Positions 49,156 to 60,712 of a stretch of DNA of 64,000 bases are shown one piece after another. The DNA comes from Mobula birostris (taxonomy: Eukaryota), in assembly GCF_030028105.1 (NCBI RefSeq), contig NC_092379.1, positions 27,955,821 to 28,019,820 on the forward strand, in the 5' to 3' direction. Made by a program: the position numbers and the translations under genes. The notes beneath the pieces are model-generated. The model saw only the letters and a list, made by a program, of their open reading frames with translations. It made no database searches and was not told the origin of the DNA. Position 1 is the first letter of the stretch, and the number at the start of each line of letters is the position of its first letter.

Positions 49156-52100
49156 CACAGGATCACAAGACAAATGAGCAGATGTAGTCCACCCGGCCCA
49201 TCGAGTCTGCTCTGTGACTCCACCATGAGCTATACTATTCTCCCAACTCGTTCCAATTTGTGGCATTTTCCCCATATCCCTTGATACACTGACTAATTAG
49301 ATACTTATCAATATCCTCTTTAAACACCTTCAATGACCGGACTTCCGCAGCGGTATGTGGCAACGAATTCCATAAATCCATAACCCTCTGGCTAATAAAA
49401 AAAAAAACGGGTAAAAAATGGGTACCCTCTAATTCTAGACTGTGGCTTTTTGTCCTCGAATTACCCACCAAGGGAAACAGCTTTCCACATCTACTCCGTC
49501 CAACCCTTTCAATATTCGAAATGTTTCTATGAGATCCCTCTCATTCTTCTATATTCTAATGAACTCAGTCCAAGAGCCGACAAGCACTCCTCATATGTAA
49601 GCCCTTGCATTCCAGGAATCATCCTTGTAAATCTTCTCTGAACTCTCTGCAACATCAGTACATCCCTTCTAAGATAGGGGGCCCAAAACTGCACACAATA
49701 TTCCAAATGAGGTCTCTCCAGTGTCCCATACAGCCTCATCAACACCTCCTCACTCTTATACACTGTTCCTCTTGAAACGAATGCCATCATAGCATTCGCT
49801 TTCCTTCCTGCCGATCCAACCTGGTGGTTAACCTTTGCACTTCCGATTTTCGAATTGTCTCACCACCTAAATAATAATCTGCCCGATTATTTTTCCTTTC
49901 AAAATGTACAACCGTACATTTTCTCAACATTGTACTCTCCTAAACTGACTAAGTCTCTCTGCAACCTTTCTGTTTCTTCAAAACTTCCTACTTCTCCGCC
50001 TATCTTGGTGTCATCCGCAAAATTAGCCACAAAACCATATAATCCATAAAATAAATCATCAATATACCTTGTAAAAAGAATTGCCCCCAACACCGCCCCT
50101 GTGGAACACCACTCGTAACGGGCAACCAATCAGAATATGATCCATTTATTCCTGCTCTTTGCTTTCTGCCTATCAGCCAATGTTCCACCCATTCCAATAT
50201 CTTTCCTGTAATTCCATGGGCTGTCATCTTATTAAGTAGCCTCTTATGAGACATCTTATCGAAGCGCTGTTGAAAATCGAAATAGACAACATCCACAGCC
50301 TCTCCCTTGTTAATCTTATTTGATATTACCTCAAAAAATCCCAATAGTTGGTGAGGCAAGATCTTCCCTTCATGAAACCCTGCTGGCTTGGGCTTATTTT
50401 GTCATACACCTCGAGGTTTTTCGTAACCGCGTCCTTGAGGATCGACCCCAATAACTTTCTAACTACCGATGTTAGTCTAATAGGTCTCTAATTATCTTTT
50501 TGCTGCCTCCGTCCTTTCTTAAACAGCAGAACTATATTTGCGACATTCTAGTCCTCTGGAACCATGCAAGAGTCTATTAATTCCTGGAAGATCATTTCCA
50601 ATGCCTCCACAATCTCCAAAGCCACCTCCCTCAGAACACGTCGGTGCACCTCATTCGGTCCGGGAGACCTATTGATTCTTAGTCCATTTAGCTTCCCAAG
50701 CACCTTCTCTCTGGTAATCTTGACTGTACCTAATCCTATTCTCCGAGACCTCTGGCTATCACATATGTTGTTCATGTCCTGCACTGGGAATAACGATGCA
50801 AAATACTCATTCATTTCCTCTTTCATCTCTTTGTTACCCGTTATAATGTCTCCATCATCATTTTCAAGCGGTCCAGTGTCACTCCTTTACTCTTCATATA
50901 TTGAAAAAAATCGTATCGTTTTTTATGTTAATTGCCAACTATCTTTCATAATTCATCTTTTCATTCCTAATGACTTTATTAGTTTCCTTGTGTAAGTTTT
51001 TGAAGGTCGTACTGTACTAACTTTCCCACTATGTTTTTGCTTCCTTGCACGACCTACCTTTTGCTTTTATTTCAGCCTTAACCTCTCTCATTAGCCACAT
51101 TTGTGCCATTTTTCTATTCATGATTTTCTTTTTCCTTGGAATATATTTTCCTACGCTTTCCTTATTTCTTGTAAGAATTTCATCCAATTCTGCTCTACTG
51201 TCCCTCCATCTAGCTTACTTTTCCGATGGACTTGGCCAGTTCCTCTCTCATACCACTGTAACTTCCTTTGTTCCACTAAAATATCGATAGACCTGATATC
51301 AGCTTCTCCTTTTCAAATCTGAAACTGAACTCAATCATAATATGATCACTACTTCCAAGGGGTTCAAGTACCTCCAGTTCCGTAATCGCCTCAGGTTCAT
51401 TACACAGCACCCAGCCCAAGACAGCCGATCCCCTGGTGGGCTTATGGACAAGCTGTTCCAAAAAGCAATCTCGTAGGCATTCTACAAACTCACTCTCCTG
51501 AGATCCAGTACTTTCCTGACTTCGCCAATCCACTTTCGTATTAAAATCCTCCATAATTATCTTAACATTTTCCTTCTGACACGCTTCATCTAATTCTATC
51601 TGTAACTTATAGTCCACGTCATGGCTGCTGTTTGGAGGACTGTAGATCACTGCTATTATTGTCTTTTTACCCTCGTCATTTCTTAACTCGACCCATAAAG
51701 ATTCGACTTCTGATCCTATGCCCCTTCTTTCTAGAGATTTAATATCGTTGCCTACCATCAGGGTCACGCCACACCCTTTACCTGCCTTCCTATCTTTCCT
51801 GTACACTGTGTATCCTTGGACATTCAGCTCCCAATCACTTCCATCATTTAGCCATGACTCGGTGATGGCCACAATACCATATCTTTTAACCTGTAGCTGC
51901 ACAACAAGATCATCCACTTGATTTCTACTGCTGCGTGAATTTAAGTACAATATATTTAGATCAGTATCTGCTACCGGTTTTGCTATATTTCTATCGCACA
52001 GCAAATCATCCTGTCTATTCACCTGCCTGTCCTTCTTGCCATTTTTGCTGCACAGTATCTTTGACTTATTTCTATTTTGCTCTTCCTCGACCCTAACATC

Positions 52101-52811
52101 ATCGTTTCCATGCCCCTGGCAACTTATTTAAAAGTCTCCCTAACAGCTATATTAAACAATCACGGCAGGATATTAGTACCCTTTGAGTTCAAGTGTAAAC
52201 CATCGTTTTTGTATAAGTCATACCTCCCCCAAAATAGATCCCAATGATCCAAGAATTTGAAGCTCTGTCCCCTGCACAGTTATTTAGCCACATAGTCATC
52301 TGCTTAATTCTGCTATTCTTACCTTCATTAGAGCGTGGCTAAGATTATTACTCTGGTGGTCCGGTTTTTCAAATTTCTTCCTAGCTCTCAGTTCTCTGCT
52401 TTCAGTACCTCCTATCTTTTTCTGCTATGTCATTGGTAGCAACATGTACCAAGACTTCAGGCTGCACGCCGTCTCTCCTCGGAATACTCTGGACCCGATC
52501 TGAGATATCCCGCACCCTGGCACCAGGGAGTCAACACATGATCCGGGTATCATTGTCCGGCTCGCAGAACCTCCTGTCTGTTCCCCTCACTACAGAAGTC
52601 CCTATAACTACTGCATTTCTACTTGCTCTGTGGATCACGGCACTGGGGAGAGTGCAGGAGTCCCATTCGCTGTTGTCTTCCACTGTCAGGTCAACCTCTC
52701 CGACAGTATCTTAAACAATATAGCGATTACTGAGGGGCACTGTCATAGAGGTGCTGTCCACTATCTCACCATAGGTATTATCAATCACCCCCTCATTATC
52801 CCTAATTACCT
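49156..52811 (-). mobile_element. CR1 LINE, decayed: ORF1 esterase remnant plus ORF2 APE-RT
   Basis: APE: LYLNSRS, AITESWL, YRKDR, IIMEDFN, GSSDH. RT: VDVVYFDF, SGVPQG, FADDTK, HLEYCVQFWAP. ORF1-like LPGARVRDISDRV..VHVATND at ~52430-52560. Host module rejoins across the insertion. Confidence 0.9.
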
Positions 52812-54449
52812 AAATGTTATTAACTTTCTTCATTTTCTATTACGTCAGTTCAATTTGCATCCCATGTCTGCAGTTTTTGGCTCAGAGAATGAGCCAATGC
52901 TTGTCACAGTCTTTCTCCTCCTCCAGTCAAGTCATTAGTGAGATGGATTTTCAGATTCCCGCCCTTAAATAAGTCTCCAAACAGCGCGGGATTATCCGTT
53001 GTAATTGTTACTCACTTGTGTTACATCTCGTTGAAGAATTGTTATTGACTTAATATCTAGTGTGTCGATATGCAATTGATCGACGCAGTAGGACCCAGGG
53101 AGGTGAAAAGCGATATGCATTTTTTTGCATTTCACATCCTTCAGTTTATTAGTCCGATTACAAATTAAGACACAAAATGAATCCCTATGAAATACCGCTT
53201 TAGGAAGAGCAGTATATATTCTACTAATATCGACAACAGTTTAATTTACTGAAGAGATCGAGACTTCCCTTGGAATACGAATATGTGAATGTTACTACTG
53301 GTGAGATAACAATGGCGTGCGTGATTGAAGCAACAGTGTCGATCGGTTTATAATGTATACATATTATGTTTCCACTCTGTGCAGCACTCGGTCTTTAAAG
53401 TGACAGAAATTATTCACAGAGATTACATGATACGAGCTGTCGGTTCAATTAATGGGCTATTTCGTGATCCAACATACCAACAGGCCGGTATTAAGAAGCA
53501 ATGTGCGAAAGGTGACATCTGTACTTCACCAAGCATCCAGGCTCTAATTCATTGTAGATATTCAGCAGGCTACCGGGGCACGGATTAAACTCTGAACATA
53601 TAGGTTTATAATTATTGGTTGAAACCAGACATCACTATAATAATCATACCATTTAATCGGTAGTGGGTGCTAAGATAGGAATAAACAACAGAATGATGTG
53701 CTCCGAATACTTTCCATTATCATTTCATGGCAATTATTAAGCACCCGTTCAGAAACGGGCAGCCCTTTGTGACACCACAAGGCAGTCATCAGAAATAGTT
53801 GATTTTCATCATCGCATGATGTTATTGTAGTTAACATCTCTCGTGTTTACTGGGTAAATCCACTAAATATGTGGTTGGAATGTGCTTGTATCTCATATTT
53901 TGGAAGAGCACATAATGGAAATACAATAAATGGAAAATGAAGGAAATTTCAACCATGCATTCCTACTGGATGATAAGGCAAAATTTTAATTCATGAATTT
54001 TCATACACCCTGGTTATTGAGCAACAACAACAACAACAGCAGTACGATGAAAGTTTATTTTTGAGGAGACACAGATGACAATTGTAATGCTGACGACTTG
54101 TGGAGATTATACTTGAGAGTGACATGAATTGTAAAGCAAATCCGCAGCATAAAAAAAAAATCGGTGATTTGGTTTGTTGATCTAATGTGTAAAGACAATC
54201 AAACCTCATACAATATGCTTCAAAGTTTGTGCTCTAGCATCATTCGGAGGATAAACGCAAAATCCCACATACGACATTGAGATTCTCAATTGCAGTTTCC
54301 TGGTTTGTGTCTGCAGTGCCTTGTAATGTATAACAATTCTGATGGTTTACAATAACAAGTGTATATATAATAAATAATTAAATAGGTATCGCAAAAAGTG
54401 GGGGCAGAGATACTAAGGCAGTGTTTTCGGCTTATTAGGATTTCTGAAA

Positions 54450-54690
54450 TCTGACGGCAGAGGAATGCACTTGTTCCTGAAACGTTGAGTGTGAGGGAAA
54501 GTCCTCGGTGATGGGAGTTGGGGATGAGTCCCCAGTGATGCATGCCAGCCTTTCAAGGCAGCGATTTTTGCAGATATCCTGGATGCTGTGTCGTGCTGTG
54601 TCAATGATGAAGCTAGCTGAGTTTAAACTGTTCTGCAGTTCATTTGTTCCTGTGCAGTTGCCCCAACATACCAGACATTGATGCAGACCT
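54450..54690 (-). mobile_element. Rex1/Babar remnant truncating the V7 upstream module
   Basis: Minus strand CINVWYVGATAQEQ..; V-upstream homology begins abruptly at ~54688. Confidence 0.6.
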
Positions 54691-55288
54691 CCTTCACGTC
54701 TTAACAGCCTATACACAAGCAATCACAACTTCTATCCGCCGAATTAATTAGTAAGTTGTTCAAAGAAAAGCTACTTGTATGGACAGCATATGAACACGAC
54801 AAGTTACCGTGCGCCGTGCTGCTTGTTCACTTATGCCTTTCAGATCAACATTGGAGTCGCTACGTTCTGCCAGAAATCCACGTCAGAGAAGAATAAAGAC
54901 TGTTGCTGCATCTTACGCTGCACTCACGCTTCGTTATCCTACCATTTATTCTGCTCGCAACCTCTCACTCGATGAGCAAGCGCAATTTATTGGCAGTCTC
55001 CTCCAAAAATGTTGACTTCTGCCCTGCTTCACATCACCCTTGAGTGGCGCTGCGCTATTAATGTCAGCTCAGAAAGAATTTGATTCCTTTGTTCTGCTCT
55101 TCTGCGATCGTCTCGGCAAAATGTCATTTCCTGCACTGCGTGTGAACGACATTTTTTCTATTGTGTCTTTGGAGATTTACCACCGTGCGTTGCCTGTTGT
55201 GATTGGTCGGTTTGGTCAATGTTATGTATATTTCTGCTGTGGGAATGAGTCTCTACTCTGTAGTCCCCGAATGACAGAGTCAAACAGA

Positions 55289-55773
55289 ATGACAGTGAAG
55301 AATTGTCTCACGGCGGTCCTCGGTATTGTGTTTCTTCTAGGTAAGAAATCTAATCACTGTAATATTCCAGACCACTCTGTAATTCTCTGTAACCATGTTT
55401 CTTGTTTCCAATGTAAGTAACCATGCTGTTCGAAGTAGAGCTTATGATCTATTGATTGTTTTTCTGATAGACTGGAGCCTTCAAGACTCAGTGGAGCAGT
55501 CAGTGGATGCAATAACGATCGATGAAGAAAGTAATATTACTCTAAACTGTACTTTACAAACAAGCGATATACTCCCAAATGTTTTGTGGTACAGGCAGCG
55601 CACCAGACAAAGACCACAGTATTTGATTCGGATTAACGCAGGGAAAGTATACCGCAATGAAGAGGTAACCGAAAGATTATTTGCTGCATATGATAAAGAT
55701 AAAAAATATACTGAACTATTGATAAACAACACCATAATCTCGGACTCGGCCACATACCTCTGTGCGATGAGCC
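55289..55773 (+). CDS. TRAV: TCR alpha-type V segment V7, intact (leader 55289-55340, intron 55341-55470, V exon 55471-55773)
   Basis: MTVKNCLTAVLGIVFLL-G; exon DWSLQDSVEQ..ITLNC..LWYRQ..QYLIRINAG..DSATYLCAMS open; RSS present. Confidence 0.88.
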
Positions 55774-55812
55774 CACGGTGCTTACAAATCTGAATTATTT
55801 CGAACAAAAACC
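55774..55812 (+). other. 23-RSS of V7
   Basis: CACGGTG + 23 nt + ACAAAAACC. Confidence 0.93.
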
Positions 55813-55836
55813 GTCTTTCGCAGTTTCCTCGGGAGC

Positions 55837-55850
55837 TCGATAGAGGGCGA
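55837..55850 (+). promoter_or_regulatory. Forward RSS-proximal CTCF-like motif (V7)
   Basis: TCGATAGAGGGCGA, 24 bp after the nonamer, with CGCAGTTTCC starting 18 nt upstream. Confidence 0.65.
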
Positions 55851-55907
55851 ACAAATCAAGGAGAACATGCTAACTGAAGTCGTGATGCTTCGTCCAATAT
55901 TTTTCTC

Positions 55908-56475
55908 AAACACAAAGTAATCTGCAGATGCTGTTGTCAAAGGAACACTCACAATGCGCTAGAGGAACTCAGCAGGGCAGTCAGCATCAGTTGAAAAGAT
56001 TAGTCGACGTTTCGGGCCGAAACCCTTCGTCATGAATGAAGGAGGAACTTTGGGGAGGGTTTGAAGAATGCTGGTAGTTGAAAAAAAAATAGTAATTTGA
56101 AAGACAAAGGGGTGGGGGAGCGGAAGCAGGGAGTTAATTGGCAGGAGAACAATGCGCAGGAGAAGAAGGAGGCGGAACTACCAGGGAGGTGATGTGAAAG
56201 AGGGATAGAGGAAGGCAGGTGGAGGGAATTACTGGAAATTGGAGAAGTCTATGTCCATACCAAGGGGCTGGAGACTACCTAGACGGTATATGAGGTGTTA
56301 CCGGAAACCCGACAAAGATTGGGAGACCGCTTCGTCGAGCACCTCCACTCCGTCCACCACAACAGACAGGATCTCCCGGCAGCCACCCACTTCAACTCTG
56401 CCCCCCATTTCCATTCAGGTATGTCCATGCATGGCCTCCTCTACTCCCATAATGAGGGTAAACTCAGGTTGGAGG
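55908..56475. mobile_element. Penelope-like fragment with 5' inversion
   Basis: 55908-56299 is the PLE 3' end on the minus strand (degenerate hammerhead at 56002-56037); 56300-56475 is the GIY-YIG segment ETRQRLGDRFVEHL.. on the plus strand. Confidence 0.8.
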
Positions 56476-57639
56476 TGGGGATTTCGGGTTCTGCTATTCA
56501 ACGCACAATCATTCTTTGGGACACCCCTGTTTTCCTGGACGCTTGCGAAGAAACATAATTTCAGGATGTATAATGTATCTATTTATCTGCCATTAAATGA
56601 ACCTTTAAAACATTTGAAAATTAATTCTGAGCAGCGTTGACGCCATGCGTCTTAATTGAGTGGAGTATTGTATTTGTATTTACAACGCTTACACTAAGAG
56701 CCTGTAAGCAACTTAATAATCGCGTTTTAGCTTGTATTAAATTTATCCAAAGTACTGAACATTTTGGATGAAATCACAGCGCTTATCAGCTGAAATCGCC
56801 TTACTGGATATGCACGATCATTGCTATTAATATCTCAGTTGAACGTAAAGTGTATTTTCACACTTCACGGCTAGTAATCTCAAATATCGTAAAATAGTCC
56901 CGTACGTATTCTGTCCTTCAATTGCAAATTTTGCCCCAACATCAGAAGACACTGCATTGGTCCGAACGATGAATTCGACTACACATCTTCCCTCGCAGAT
57001 TGCCCTGGTGTCTATACACTGAATAATGCCTGTATATTGCGACATGAATAGTAAACACCTTTCATCCCAAATCAAGCACGTTGTGCTGGAAAGCTATATT
57101 TGTGTTTTGGGGAAATAAGCAGTAAGTCATATTAAGGTTATCATTCCAATCCTGGAAATAAAGATTGAAGACGTAGATTTTCCTCATTGTCTTAACTAGA
57201 TACCGGACAATATTTATTCAGATCCCATGTCTGCTGTGTTTGTCTCACTGAACAAGCAGAGTTATTACCGTCTTCCATCCGACAGAGGCCTCTTTATCCA
57301 GTCCAGTCATTAATAAGATTGGTTGTGTAATTCCCGCCCTTCTATGAGACCGACAAACTGCGCAGATTTGACCATCGTAGCCGTTGCGCTCATACCTAAA
57401 GTGCGCTGCTCCTCGTTTAAGCATTGCTTTGAATATCGAGGGTGTTCATATGCAATTAGTCCGTGCAGTAGGCCCCAGGTGGTGAAAGTGAGCATTCTAA
57501 TTTTGCATTTCTCCGACTGCAAAATTCGTGGCTAAAGGAAACACCATGAAATAGCGCTTTCCGACGAACAATATATATTCTAGTAAACTCGACAAGAATT
57601 TAACAAAAGGCACCATACTCCATACACCACACATCGCCC

Positions 57640-59680
57640 GAGTACATATCCCATTCAGGAGGGAGTAGGGTGCGGTATAATTGTTTCTACTGCTGGTTCT
57701 TCAGTCTCCACATGTCGCTGCAGAAATTCAAATTCAAATTCAAATTCTTTATACAGTTTTAGTTTCCAGGTTTGAGCTCGGAGAGCGTAACCTTCTGGTC
57801 ATAGCTACTCCGATTTCCTTTGGTTATGTTTGGTACCCGCGATTTCAGCTAATCCCGAAGCATTTTACTGCTCCCTTGTTATATCAGTCACAAACTTCTG
57901 CTGTCTTCGACGATAGATGTTCCACGCCAGTCCCAAAACAGAGCGCAAAGCAAAAACTCGTCTCGCGCCCAAACATCAGATAATATGGCCAGTACATTTT
58001 AGCCCCATTTTCTGCACAGTTGTAGATGCGGACCAGATATTCAATACCTTGTTTACACTTGTTCTTTTCGATTATCTTCAAGGTTTCGAACCTGCCTAAC
58101 AAGGACGGATTGCGCCTCTCGTGCAAGGGAATAGCCGGCGAGACATAAGGCGTAGTCGTCGACTTTTCTTCCTCAAGCATACTCAGCTAGTCATGTTGGA
58201 ACCTACTGTGAAAATTCCGTCCTTGATCGATATATATCCGCCAGGGGAGGCCGTAATAAATGAAATACTTCTCCTATAACACGTTGAGCACAGGTGACCC
58301 CCAATTATCCTTGCATATCTGGTGTAGTGATCCGTAATGACCAAGTCACTCGCAATGTTGCTGGCATATGGATCTATTGACAAAAGTTCTATACACACCA
58401 GGTTAAGTGGTTCCGCACTCTTCATGTACGACAAAGGAACGGCCCTCGCCGGCAGCGTCTTCCTCCGTATACTGCGAATGCAAGACTCGCCGGACTCTTC
58501 GACCCTGGCTCCAATCAGCGTCAGTAGAGCCGATATCAGAACAATCCATTGATCTTGTCAACCCGCAAATAGCCAGAACCATCACAATGCGATTTCAACA
58601 CAATCCTCCGATACTTCCAGGCAGAACCAGCTAGGAACGCTGATATCGGTGTGGAGGCGACGTGACCGGATATAGGATCTAGATCATCACCCTCATTCTG
58701 GGTCATTCTCTCACTAATCGAGACACCACAGAGGATTTCTTCCTGTCGCCTGGTTCGTATTCTTTTTCGCAACTGCTGACCAAACAGTACCGATGCCCAT
58801 GCCCTCTGGGTGGGCAGATGCCACTTCGCCAGGACTCAATTCCGGCAACTGGTCTCTCTTTAGAGCGCTAAGGACGCATTAAGTTTGAGCAAGACAACAT
58901 CAGAAGCCCCCGAATGATCTACCACTCGATCGGCCCCCTGCCTTTTCACCGCCTTCACCGTGATGGAAAACTAAACTATGGCTTTCCCTCCAGGAGCAGG
59001 AACACTCTCCCACTCTCCGTCCCTTCTAGACATTCAAACGGACGTCGGAACAACACATCGGCTTCAATGGTCCTTCCTCCAGGCCGCTATTTCATGCTGA
59101 AATCATGGGCATCCAATTTCGCGTAAGTGAAAGTATGCGTTAAGTGTTTGTTGGCCGTCTTTACCTCACACTTGGCACCACGGGCGTAGTCACTTCAGTT
59201 ATGCACCGCAGCCCATTTCAAAGCTAAGAAATCCAACATGTGTGTTGGATGTTCTTTTTTCTCGGAGGATGACATAGTCCGACCGACAGATGCGACTAGT
59301 TTCAACCCTGTGGCCTGATCTTGATAAACAACACACCTGAAGGCTTCTCTGCTGCATCTTATGCAGTACATACGTCAACCGGGAGTCTGCAAAAGTCAGC
59401 ACAGGCGTATTGGTCAGCAGATCCTTCAGCGTCTGAAATGCCTCTTCACATTTCGCAAACCATTACCGTCTAAAATATTCTGAAGGACGAAGATAATATT
59501 TACCATCCACTCATTTTCTCATTCTTCCTTTTGTCCCCGAGGGAGGGTAACGCACAGAAGCTGATTGACAGGGTAACTCACTTTAAAGTATTCCTTCATG
59601 AACCTCAGATAGTACCCGCGGAAACTCAAGGAAAGATCGCCAGGACCTCACAGTTGGGGACTTGGCTAGCGGTTCACTGC
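57640..59680 (-). mobile_element. Gypsy pol remnant (RT tail, RNase H, integrase)
   Basis: GYYLRF..VNQLL, LTFAD, SAEPLNLVCIELLSID..LVITDHYTRYA, YNCAENG..YYLMFGRE. Confidence 0.85.
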
Positions 59681-60109
59681 AACTGTTTTAGGTGGATTAA
59701 TAACTACTCCATCCCGAGGGACTATATGCTCAACAGGGGTGACAGACTTATCATCCTAACTTTAAAAACTGCCATTTTAAATAAACAGTCCTTCTGAATG
59801 AAACGTTTTTTTTTTCAAGTTTGAGTAGCTGTGTGGAAAAATGATAAGTTTTATTCATGTTTCCCATTATAATAGGACTATGATGCAGTACCGGTGGATA
59901 GGAAGTGGTGCAGCCATATATGCACAATATCAACAGAGTGTTCCGTGGTTAGAAGACACCGTATCCCTGACTATAGCCAGGGCTTTAAGATGAGAGAACC
60001 AGAAAGCTGGAATGGCTGGATATGCTCATACTATATTTAGAGAGATCATATTGTAAGTTTCTGAGGAATTATTCCTTGTGTATCATTTAGTTATCTCAGC
60101 TATACTGAC

Positions 60110-60712
60110 TGGATCCAAGGGTGTGCAGCCGAGGGGTGGTAGTGGGGACAAACTACCACAATCTAAAAGTGCTCCTCACGACATGCGCCTCAAAGAGTCT
60201 CTGACAACCATGTTCAGCCCCTGGCCTTCTCGTGTTGCTTAGCCTCTAAACCCGGCGGAATGGTTTCTTCTGACAGGAGAAGGGGCTAAGGCGGTCTTGA
60301 CGCCTTAAAACCAGTGCTTCGGGTAAGTGGAGCTCGTCAGTCTGGAAAGGCAGTCCACCTAAGAGAAGGAAAACTCTGATTTCAATCCTCCGCTGCATTG
60401 CAGCCATATCCAATCATGGGAAAGGCTTCGAGAGTGAACTCTGAGGACAAATCCGGAACTGAATCCCCCCGCTAAGGCAGTCTGACGTTGCATTCAACAT
60501 CGCTCTGATAACCCCTGCGACGACAATGGTGCCAAGCTGTATCGGACTTTACCCTTCCGTTGGACAACATCGGTGTCCTGGACAGGAGACACTTGCAGCA
60601 TGGCCAACTGCCGGTATTCCACACAACCTTGCCCAGGCCTGCGCCCTGGAGAGGACACTCTAGTAGACTTCCGAGACGCAGATCCATGGTCTCGCGAGAC
60701 TAACGGATGCCA
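60110..60712 (+). mobile_element. Non-autonomous RTE-like element sharing its 3' ~195 bp with the tRNA-SINEs
   Basis: GGCAGTCCACCTAAGAGAAGGAAAACTCTGATTTCAA resembles RTE 5' UTRs; 60515-60711 aligns to SINE 963-1145. Confidence 0.55.

Noticed and set aside
56002-56037. Second active hammerhead
   Set aside because: Core reads AUGACGA (C3 lost) and stem I is disrupted; treated as degenerate.
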